The notes under the pieces are model-generated. The model worked only from the letters and a program-made list of their open reading frames with translations. It had not been told where the DNA came from and made no database searches. Of a stretch of DNA of 64,000 bases, positions 54,461 through 64,000 are shown piece by piece; position 1 is the first letter of the stretch, and each line of letters starts with the position of its first letter. The position numbers and the translations under genes were made by a program. This DNA is from Sminthopsis crassicaudata. Taxonomy: Eukaryota. The DNA lies in NCBI RefSeq assembly GCF_048593235.1, contig NC_133620.1, positions 274,427,765-274,491,764 on the forward strand. The letters are read 5' to 3'.

Positions 54461-56049
54461 CTTTCTTAGACTCCTCATCACGGGAAGGAGTGGCAAAATG
54501 ATTGCAATAGCAGGAGGCTTCTCCCCTTTACCAATATGGAACCAGAGACTTTTAACCCATGCTGGTTTACCCAGGAGCTTTAACTCTGTTACTGGGAACA
54601 CTTCCAGAGCAAGCCTGAAGCAGGTGGCTGAGGAAAGAAAATGAAGCATCAGCAGGAGTTTGTCCTGTAGGAAAACCTCATCTTGTTGTTGAGGACAGTA
54701 AGAAATTGTTGTTTCACAGACTTCTGAGAGAAATCCTGGACTGTGTTTTGAGAATGGGGAATGACATGACACTAAAAAATGCAGAGTGTTTGACTGTTTG
54801 TCCTTCATCTCCTCTCAGTTTATACAAATATCTTCTCAGCAAATCCGATAATAGGTCAGAAGGCTGAGGGAGTAATCCTAGATAGAAAGGGAAGGAAAGA
54901 CAAAAAGGGAGAGATAAAAAAGGGAAAGGGAGGCAAAAAGGGATGGAGAGAGCCTTCAAGCGTAATGAAAAGAGATATGGATTTGGGGTCAGGGGCTCTG
55001 GGGTCCAATTCAAGTCCTGCCACAGTAAGTCTTAATCTTTCTGGATCTGTTTCTTCATCTGTCCAACTGAACTAGATGACATCTAAGATCCTTTCCAGCT
55101 CTAAAATCTCCTTTGACTGAGAATCCTACGTCCAGCCCTCCTTACTCTTCTCCCAGACCCTTCCCTCTCACTGTCATTGCCAGTGTAAACACCCTAACAC
55201 AGCGGTACTTTGGGATAACAACAGAAAGGGGCCCTGTCCTTAGGAGAATTTCCTATCCAAGCAGCAGGGCAAGAGTATTAGAGAGGGTCCAAGTGCTGAT
55301 GTTGGAGGCAGGAAGACCTCACGTTTTGACTCACTGGGTGATCCTGGACGTGTCTGCCTCAGTTTCCCCAAATCTAAAATGAAGATAATACTAGCACCTA
55401 CTTTGCAGGTTGGTTCTGACAGTCAAAGAAGGATAATGTATGTATGAAGCACAGCGCAGTGCCTGGCACATAGAATGTGCTTATATATATAAAAGTTTAT
55501 TCCTGCTCCCCTCAAGGTACAGATGAAGAAGTAGGCTCAGGAAAAATGCTTGGTCGGGGTCCCAAAGGTCTTTTTAGTGTATTCCATTGGGGCATGAAGA
55601 AAAATAAATGGGGGGGGAGGGAAGGGACATGACTATGTGCTTGTGTAGTGTTGTGAAGTCAGGGAGCCAGCAAACATGAAGTGCCTACTAGGTGCCAGCC
55701 TTAAAGGAGTCTGCAGCCTACTGGAGACGGCTCGCTAACATCTTTCCATAATTGAGACATACAGAACATACTGGACATCAGCAGCAGAGGGAGGGGCTGG
55801 AGTTAAGGGGAATGGAAAAGGATTTCTGTAGAAGGTGGAATTGTAGCTGGGACTTGGGAACATCTGAAATGGAACAAGAGCTTGCAGGCTTCAGCGAAAG
55901 GCGCAAACGGGGCCTAGAATATCAGCCTGGAAATAAAATCTCTTAGACCAACGTCCTCATTTTATAGAAGGAAATTAAGGTTCCAAATATTGAATTTGTG
56001 GAAGGAGAAAAATTTCTTTGCTACCGAGGGTGGAGGGGGATAAGTCAAA

Positions 56050-57100
56050 TTGGAAGAAAACGATCTCGGGACTCCCAGGAGACCCCAAGCAGATGTAGTG
56101 GAGAAGGGGGTTGCAATTTCCCCGTGAGAAGGGGCAACTGGGACTCTTAAAATGTGCCTTAAACTGAAGTTCTCCCTCGGGCCACGAGGTGGCGCCGGGG
56201 AGCAGGGTTCTGGTCGGCTCAGGCGCATGGCGTTTTCTCTTCGCTACGGAGCTAAAGCTCTTCGGTAAACCAGGAGTGTGCCGCTGGAGCACAGCCCTAG
56301 TGGGCCCCAAGCCGACTCTCAGGCGCTGAACGCAGCCTTCTCTGAGCTGCGGAGCTGAAGCTCCCCCGTAGAGCACAAGGGAGTGCTGTGAGACAGGGTC
56401 CTCGTCGGCCCCCCCCAAACTGCATTCCCCCTCCCGTCCGTCGGACGGCGCTGCAGTAGGGGCGGTGCCGGCTCGAGGCTGTGTTGCGTGGCAGGAGCCA
56501 CGGGAGCCCCGGGAGGCGGGGAGGTTGGTGGATGACACTTCCGGCGGCCGCTCAAGTCTAGGGGAGGAGGAGGAGGAAGCGGCGGCGGCAGCTTCCCGGG
56601 ACCCTCAGAATCCTCCCCCTTTCCCTTTCCCCCCCTCCCCCGTGTGCCCCGGATTCCCCTTCTCCCCCCTCGGCGGCCGCGACAATGGAACGCAGGTGAG
56701 CACGAGCGGCCGGGGCCCCCACGTGACCCACCCCCTCATCCTCCACGTGACCACTCTCGGAACGGGGAGGGCGAGGAGGAAGCTGCCGGGGCTAGGGGGA
56801 GGGGGGCGAAGAGGAGGAAGGCTAGAGAGAGGACAGGAGGAATCAGGACGGTGATGGGTGGCGGAAAGGTCGCCGCCTGGCCGCGGCGCGGACTGATGCT
56901 CGGTGAGCCGGAGCGGGGAACAGAGGGGGCTTGTGTAGCCCGAGGGGCGGGCCCGTCCCTTGGGAGGAGGGAGGGAGGGAGGGGCGCCCTACTGGCTGGC
57001 TCTTCCCCACCCCAAAGAGAGCATCTTTGTTCAGGCTGCGGGGAGACAAGGTTCTTTGGTGGGCTTCCTATCCCCTCGTCCCGCTGAATGGGAGAACTCG
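56050..57100 (+). promoter_or_regulatory. CpG island / promoter of SLC35B2
   Basis: CpG-rich; ETS ACTTCCGG 56537; CTCF-like CCACGAGGTGGCGCC 56182; twin CCACGTGACC 56719 and 56743. Confidence 0.78.
56685..56695 (+). CDS. SLC35B2: SLC35B2 exon 1 (coding part)
   Basis: acaATGGAACGCAG|gtgag; 11 nt, MER(R). Confidence 0.85.
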
Positions 57101-60100
57101 ATGAGAGTGAAGGATGGGAGCCCCTTTCACCCACAGGGTCGGAGGAAGGGGGGTTCGGGGGCCAGGAAAGTGTCCCCCAGAGGGGTGCATAGACACAAAT
57201 CTCCCTCTTTTCCCGTGCAGGTGGTGGGCAGTGCTGGTGCTGGCCGCTTTCCCCGCTCTGGGAATGGGAGGGGAGGCCCTGGAGGCAGCCCCCGAGCACT
57301 GGACCGAGTTCTGGTTCATCCGGTTTCTGGTGAATGCTGTGGGCTATGCTAGCCTTATGGTGCCTGGCTACTTTCTGGTGCAGTACCTAAAGCGAAGGAA
57401 CTATCTGGAGACAGGTGTGCTTGAGGGGTGGGACAGGATGGGGGGGGGGTGTTCGTGGGCCCACTGAGATGGTGCTGGGGAAGGCGGGAAACTGAGGCAG
57501 CCAGCCTGACCCACACAACCCCTTCCCCAGGCCGGGGCCTCTGCTTCCCTGTGATCCGGGACTGTGTTTTTGGCAATGAGCTCAAGCCTTCCGATGAGCC
57601 CCCAGCAGTTACCCGCCCAGAGCTGACGGAGACCACCAGGACTCGGCAGGTCCTCAAGCTGCTTTTCTGTGCTGGGGGGCTTCAGGTAGGTCAGTTTTGC
57701 ATGAAGGGGGTGCTTGGTGAGGATGCTGATGGCTTGGCTTTCTTTGATTCACTTGTTCCCCATTAGTGAGCTGTTTGTGCTATTAACCTGAGTCATAAAT
57801 CCCTTAGATTGTGCTCTACTTTCCAACAAATATTTTGCAATATCGAATTGGGGTATAGATTCTAACGAGTCATATTGGGAAGGAATAACTGGTCCTGAAT
57901 GGGCACTGTATGGCAGCACTACACTGATTGGGGAGGGTGAGTGCTCCGTCTCCTTCCTCACCTACAACCCTGTAAAGTAGGTACTATCATTACCCCCACC
58001 ATAAAGTTGAAGAAACTGAGGCTGAGAGGATTTGAGTTAAGGTCTTCTTACCTCCAAGGGCATCTTTGCCATCTACCTAGCTGCTCTCTGTAATAATCTC
58101 GCCCTGCTTGGATAGGGAGCTCTCCTAAGGACAATGACAGTGAGAGGGGAGAGTGAGGAGAGCTGGCTGGCTGATTCTCAGTCAAAGGGTCAGACACTTC
58201 AGAGCTGGGAAAGACCTTAGATGTCATCTAGTACAGTGCCTTCAATTTGACAGATGAAAAACCTGACGTCCAGAGAGACGAGAGATGTCATCACACACTG
58301 TGGCAGAACTTGGATTGGAACCCAGGGCTCCGCTCCCAGATCATTCCACACCACGTGCTTATCAGTAGCAGATTTAGTGTACTATTTCTTACTGGTGAGG
58401 GGATGTGTTTTATGTACTTCCTTCTCCTTAGTAATCTGTGCTTTAAATGGTAACTTTGGGCTAAAGAGTAAGCATTTCTGCAGCTTGTTAAAATGCCTAC
58501 AGTGTGCCAGACACTGGCATTGTAAGACAAAAGAGAGTTCCCCGACCCTCAAGGAGTTCACAGTCTAACAGACACAACATTAAAAATTATGTGCAAACAT
58601 ATATAGAACAAATTGAGAGAACATCAACAGAGGGAAAGTGTTGGAATTAAGTGGGATCAGGAAGAGTTTCAAGGTAAAAGATGGCAGAATTTTGGCTAGG
58701 ACTTGGAAAAAGACAGAAAGAAAGGAGCAGAGAATGCTCCAGACATGAGTGACAGCCTGGGAAACCAGCTCTATGTTGGGAGGGGGGAACATGTCTTTTA
58801 TTCAACAACAGCAAAAAGGCCAGTGTCACTGGATCACATAGGTGGCCGAGGTGAAAGCTGGCTGGACAGGTTACGAAGATCTTCAAATGCTAAACAAAAT
58901 GTTTGATATCTGATCCTAGAGGACACAAGAATGAATCCACTAAAATTTATTGGATAAGGGTGTGACAAGAACATTCTGGCACCTGAGTAGAAAATGGACT
59001 AGAGATAGGTTGTGAGTGACGGGGGCCTGCAAGAGAGTAGTGGAGGAGAAGCCAACGAGATCACAAAATGAGATAATGGAGAAGAGGACACGTAGCAATC
59101 CAGCAAAGGAGGTTAGGGAAGAGCAGTGAGACAGGCAGGAGGGAGAACCAGGAGAACACAGAATCATTAAGACATAGAAAAGACTCAAGGAGAAAGAAGA
59201 TGGTGGATGTTTTTGGCTTGTGTGAACAACCTCCCTGCTCTTCCCTTTCCCTTTAAGATCTATTTTCCCAAATATGATACTGGCCATGGAAGATCTAATA
59301 GGGAGATTTGTTGGATAGTAAGATGTTTTATTTTGTGACCTTAGGACTGTTAGTGTTTATTAAACAGGTGGGAAAGTTAGGTCACTTAGCTGTACTGATT
59401 AACACCTGTTTGATTTGGGGATAAAAAGGTGTGTGCTGCATGCATGTGTGTGTACATATAGGTACATTCTTCCTTTCTACAGGTCCCCCACGTTGACTGT
59501 TTAACTTAAAAGCATTATGATTTCACTTTATCAAGACAAATAGACAAGCTTTTGAAGAATCAAAAATAAAATGCAAGTATTAGATGAGTTGCTCAAAATT
59601 GGAAGATAACGAGGGCAAAATCACAGTAACCAAGCAGTGATTAGAACATTTTCAGAATAAATCCTGCAGATGGAGCTCGTGCTTTTCCAGTTTCTCAGTC
59701 CCCCAGGGTAGCAGTGGTGAGGCTGTCACTTAAGGCTATCTGGAAATACAACTAAAGAAAATGCTCCCAGATATGTTTTTACATGTCAATTAATTTCTGG
59801 CTCAAACATGTAGGTGGAATGGGAATGAGTCTGTAATTGTGAGTGGACTCTATAAAGCAAAAGATAATTGTGTGTTTTAATGTGATTTGACTTCTTTCTG
59901 GAAAGGGAGGATTGCCATGTTTTATATCCTAGATTAATTTTACCTCTTTTCTCCCTTGTTTTTTTTTTTTTCTCTTCCTCAGTCCATATATTTCTCCTCC
60001 CCTCTTTTGACCTCTTCTTCCAAGTATTTTCTGAATGGGTTCCTAACTTTTCTCTCCCATTTCTCCCAGGTATCATACCTGACTTGGGGTGTACTACAGG

Positions 60101-61008
60101 AGCGAGTAATGACAAGAAACTATGGGGCTACAGATAAAATGCCTGGAGAGCGTTTCACTGACTCCCAGTTCCTGGTGCTGATGAATAGAGTGCTAGCACT
60201 GACAGTGGCTGGCCTGTGTTGTGTACTCTGCAAACAGCCCCGGCACGGGGCCCCCATGTATCGATACTCCTTTGCCAGCCTCTCCAACATCCTTAGCAGC
60301 TGGTGCCAGTACGAGGCCCTCAAGTTTGTCAGCTTCCCTACACAGGTTCTGGCAAAGGCCTCCAAAGTGATCCCTGTAATGCTAATGGGCAAATTGGTAT
60401 CCCATCGAAGCTATGAGCACTGGGAATACCTGACTGCTGGCCTCATTTCTATTGGGGTAAGCATGTTCCTACTGTCCAATGGGCCTGAGCACTATTTTTC
60501 TCCAGCCACCACCCTCTCTGGCTTCATCCTGCTTGCTGGCTACATCCTTTTTGACAGCTTTACCTCCAACTGGCAAGATGCCCTATTTGCTTACAAGATG
60601 TCCTCAGTGCAAATGATGTTTGGGGTCAATCTCTTCTCCTGCCTCCTCACAGTGGGCTCCTTGATACAACAAGGGGCTCTGGTGGAGGCCATGAGGTTTA
60701 TGGGGCGACATGGAGAGTTTGCTGCCCATGCCCTCTTACTGTCCATCTGCTCGGCCTTTGGTCAGCTGTTCATTTTCTATACCATTGGGCAGTTTGGTGC
60801 TGCCACCTTCACCATTATAATGACCCTGCGCCAGGCCTTTGCTATTTTTCTCTCCTGTCTCATTTATGGCCATACAGTCACTGTGGTAGGGGGTCTGGGA
60901 ATGGCAGTCGTCTTTGCTGCCCTCTTCCTAAGAGTGTATGCCAAAGGGCGTCTGAAGCAGCGGGGAAAGAAGGTGCCTCCCAATGAGGCTCCAATACAAA
61001 AGGTCTGA
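56685..61008 (+). CDS. SLC35B2: Adenosine 3'-phospho 5'-phosphosulfate transporter 1 (PAPST1), 432 aa
   Basis: join(56685..56695,57221..57414,57531..57685,60070..61008) = 1299 nt; [36 protein letters not shown]. Confidence 0.96.
57221..57414 (+). CDS. SLC35B2: SLC35B2 exon 2
   Basis: [14 protein letters not shown]...[12 protein letters not shown]; 194 nt. Confidence 0.95.
57531..57685 (+). CDS. SLC35B2: SLC35B2 exon 3
   Basis: [16 protein letters not shown]...[11 protein letters not shown]; 155 nt. Confidence 0.95.
58470..59260. mobile_element. L2 LINE fragment (SLC35B2 intron 3)
   Basis: aagcattt...aatgcctacagtgtgccagacactg...aagacaaaagagagttccccgaccctcaaggagttcacagtcta. Confidence 0.65.
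60070..61008 (+). CDS. SLC35B2: SLC35B2 exon 4 (coding part)
   Basis: [12 protein letters not shown]...[10 protein letters not shown]; 939 nt. Confidence 0.96.
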   Translation, partial: VSYLTWGVLQERVMTRNYGATDKMPGERFTDSQFLVLMNRVLALTVAGLCCVLCKQPRHGAPMYRYSFASLSNILSSWCQYEALKFVSFPTQVLAKASKVIPVMLMGKLVSHRSYEHWEYLTAGLISIGVSMFLLSNGPEHYFSPATTLSGFILLAGYILFDSFTSNWQDALFAYKMSSVQMMFGVNLFSCLLTVGSLIQQGALVEAMRFMGRHGEFAAHALLLSICSAFGQLFIFYTIGQFGAATFTIIMTLRQAFAIFLSCLIYGHTVTVVGGLGMAVVFAALFLRVYAKGRLKQRGKKVPPNEAPIQKV

Positions 61009-61535
61009 GACAGGGAAAAAAATGGTGTTTAGGAAGAAGTAAACTCTTTATTTTTGGATTTTCTTCCTTTTATGGCTGGACAACAGTGTTTATTCTAAAG
61101 TCACACACCAGCTCCTGCAAAAGTTGGGGCCTGGGGGCAATCTCCACCTTTGCCTTAATCATGAGTCCCGATTTCAAGGTACTGGTTTTCTTACGAACCC
61201 AGCCCTCCCCCTTCAGTATTCAGTTTGTTAAACTGCTTTGTAACCCTGCTGACCGGTTTCTACTGTTCCCTCCACTACTTCCACCCCTCCATGCCAGGCC
61301 AGCACAATTTCATCATCTAGCTCTGGCTCTTAATATGTTCTCTTCTGACCCTTGAGAGCTACATGTTTCTTTTCCAGTAAGAAAAGCACAAGGGTTCTAG
61401 GTTGCTGCTGGTCCCAAGGGAGGAAAGGGGGAGGGGGGAGACAGCTTAAGATGGCCTCACCAAACCAGTATATTGCCTACTCTTTATTGGGCTAAGCTCA
61501 ATTTTTTTGGTACTTCACAATGTAACTTTTACTCA

Positions 61536-61717
61536 ATTAAAAAATGCTGCAAGGGGGATGGACCCTGTGTATGCATTGGGGACAAGGTGGGAACAGAATA
61601 ATAGGTATGGACCAGTCTACCAGTTACAACCTCACTGCCAAGCAGACCTGCACTGCAATGAAACTTGAATTTTGGTGATTGTGGGTAAATATATTAAATC
61701 TTCCCAGGAGAAATAAA
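61536..61717 (+). terminator. Candidate SLC35B2 polyA signals (ATTAAA 61536; AATAAA 61712)
   Basis: Hexamers downstream of the stop; TGTA upstream of the first. Confidence 0.5.
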
Positions 61718-61820
61718 CTCAGGTTTCAAGTAATAGTGGGGTCTTCCCTTTTTTAACTTAATGTTGAACTTTGTCCAGTAAGTCAAGCCTACAAGAGTTC
61801 CGTGTAAAAACTGCATTCTC

Positions 61821-61826
61821 TTTATT
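61821..61826 (-). terminator. HSP90AB1 polyA signal (AATAAA on minus strand)
   Basis: tttatt on plus, ~250 nt after the stop. Confidence 0.75.
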
Positions 61827-62074
61827 CTGCATACTTTAATTTCAGAACAAAATAAACATTAACAGCCCACAATACACAACATCCTACTCCCCATATCAGG
61901 AGAAGGGGGAACAGGGACCCTGTAAAGCCCTGCCCTAATACACTGGAAAACAGGAGGAAAAAAAAACACTAGATAGACATTGGCAGATGGAGCCAGGCAG
62001 GACAGGGCCTGTACTGCTGCTGTGGGAAAACACAGGGAACTATACAGAGGGTGGGGTCTGATGCAGAGGTTTGT

Positions 62075-62184
62075 TTAATCCACCTCCTCCATGCGGGATG
62101 CATCTTCATCTCCTTCAAGTGGGGGGATCTCGTCAGGAACAGCAGCACTGGGTTCTTCTGCTGTCACCTCATCCTCATCAATGC
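62075..62184 (-). CDS. HSP90AB1: HSP90AB1 exon 12 (coding part)
   Basis: [35 protein letters not shown]. Confidence 0.96.
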
Positions 62185-63886
62185 CTGGGGAGAAAAACAG
62201 TAATAGCACGTGTTGAGCAAACTTTACAACCTTCAAAAGAGTTTCTTTATATTGCATGAAAGGATATCAGTCAGTCAGGCCTTAAAACAGAAAACATGCT
62301 AAAAAACCTGGGTTTAGGGTTTGTTTTTTTCCAGGTTACACCTCAAACACTTGGGTTTCAGGTGGAATTTGCAAATCTTCTAACAGACCCAATATAGCCC
62401 TTCCACTAGTCTTTTAAAATACATTTGATTTATGGCAATCAAACATACTCACCAAGACCAAGCTTAATCATGCGATAGATTCTATTTGAGTGAGTCTGGG
62501 GATCTTCAAGGGAGAAACCTGAAGACAGCAGAGCCGTCTCAAAAAGCAGCACAACCAGATCTTTCACAGCCTTGTCGTTTTTGTCAGCCTCAGCCTTCTG
62601 CCTGAGAGTCTCCACAATAGGGTGATCAGGGTTTATTTCCAGATGCTTCTTGGCCATCATGTAACCCATTGTGGAGTTGTCTCTCAATGCCTGAGCCTTC
62701 ATGATGCGTTCCATGTTGGCTGTCCAGCCATATGTGCTAGTCACAATGCAACAGGGTGAAGACACCAGGCGATTGGAGATTGTGACCTAGAAACATTGTT
62801 AAAATTTTAATATTTAAGTTAGTCTAAATACAAAATGTCCTGTAGAGTAGCATCAGAAGTTCTTATTAAATTATGAAATAGCTTTTCCTCCCAAGTACAA
62901 GAATATTAAAATTAAAAAGCAAAACAAAAAATATCACCATCCAAAAATTGGGTGCAATTACTCCAAAGGTTATAAATCTAGGATATAACTGAGAGGCAAT
63001 TCCCAAGGACCAGAAGAATCCAACCATCATTATTCCCAAGTTCCACTTACTTTCTCAACCTTCTTATCCAGTATTTCTTTCATTAGCTTGCACAAATTCT
63101 CAAATTTTGCCTTGCTCTCCTCCATTTTTTTCTTTTCTTCTTCATCTTCTGGAAGCTCTAACCCTTCCTTAGTAACAGAGACCAGGGTCTTCCCATCAAA
63201 TTCCTTTAGCTGTTGCACACAGTACTCATCAATGGGCTCTGTCATGTATACTACTTCAAAACCACGCTTCCTTACTCGTTCCACAAAAGCAGAGTTGGCA
63301 ACTTGTTCTTTGCTCTCACCTGCAAGTTATAAAGTGATTAGAGACCAGCATGTCATACCAATTTACCAGGCATCCCATGTGTCAGATTTATGTTAGGAAG
63401 TCTCCACTTACCAGTGATATAGTAGATGCATTTCTGAGTTTCCTTCATTCTAGATACATATTCAGACAGGGAAGTCATCTCATCTCCTGACTGAGATGTG
63501 TGATAGCGTAATAGTTCAGATAAACGGCGCCTGTTGGTTGAGTCCTCGTGGATTCCAAGCTTTGGGGAAGAGAAGACATCAAATACAAATTAGTACACAT
63601 ATAATATACATATAAAAGCTCAGCTAAATGCCAGTGTCCTCTCTGGCAATCTCTCTTGCTCAACTCATCTAAGTATATCTCCTAAAAATGCTCACCTTCA
63701 GGTTTTTCGAAAAGGCCTCATAGAACTTTTTGTAATTCTCTTTGTCTTCTGCCAGTTCAGAGAAGAGCTCTAGACACTTCTTGACAATGTTCTTACGAAT
63801 GACCTTCAAGATCTTACTTTGCTGTAACATCTCTCTGGAAATGTTGAGGGGCAGATCCTCAGAGTCCACCACACCTCGGATAAAAT
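62075..63886 (-). CDS. HSP90AB1: Heat shock protein HSP 90-beta, 3' part (exons 8-12); gene continues beyond the window
   Basis: complement(join(62075..62184,62453..62786,63051..63319,63412..63559,63696..63886)); [33 protein letters not shown]-terminal MEEVD. Confidence 0.97.
62453..62786 (-). CDS. HSP90AB1: HSP90AB1 exon 11
   Basis: [21 protein letters not shown]...[10 protein letters not shown]; 334 nt. Confidence 0.96.
63051..63319 (-). CDS. HSP90AB1: HSP90AB1 exon 10
   Basis: [22 protein letters not shown]...EILDKKVEK; 269 nt. Confidence 0.96.
63412..63559 (-). CDS. HSP90AB1: HSP90AB1 exon 9
   Basis: [49 protein letters not shown]; 148 nt. Confidence 0.96.
63696..63886 (-). CDS. HSP90AB1: HSP90AB1 exon 8
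   Basis: [37 protein letters not shown]...FSKNLK; 191 nt. Confidence 0.96.
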
Positions 63887-64000
63887 CTACAAAAATGCAA
63901 GTTTAAAACGAATCAGCAACTATTTGTTAAAAGTTAGAAATTAAAATCTTCACAAAGGAAACAAGGGTAGGCCCATTAAACAATACCCCCAACAAGAATA

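Noticed and set aside
62185-63700. Search for intronic snoRNAs in HSP90AB1 introns
   Set aside because: No paired C (RTGATGA) and D (CTGA) boxes with terminal stems, nor an H/ACA layout, were evident by eye.

Overview
Vertebrate genomic DNA, most likely an Australian marsupial (inferred from WSINE1/MAR1-like SINEs, an RTE-clade LINE, marsupial-type L1 3' ends and hAT MITEs; species not determinable). It carries the block syntenic to human 6p21.1: AARS2 (+, 5'-truncated, 19 exons), TCTE1/DRC5 (+, complete CDS), TMEM151B (-, complete), NFKBIE (+, complete), SLC35B2 (+, complete) and HSP90AB1 (-, last 5 exons). All exons were traced by hand with GT-AG boundaries and consistent frames. There is one 810-N assembly gap. 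I found no new gene family or novel biological system. The best leads are regulatory or structural: seven NF-kB sites in 1.8 kb of NFKBIE intron 1; an RFX/NRF1 promoter for TCTE1 abutting an AARS2 polyA signal; a ~78-bp segment duplicated between AARS2 intron 19 and its 3'UTR; an ~88-bp inverted repeat pair between TMEM151B and NFKBIE; and AARS2 substitutions at tRNA-recognition and human disease positions. All comparisons with human proteins and repeat consensuses are from memory and need database confirmation.
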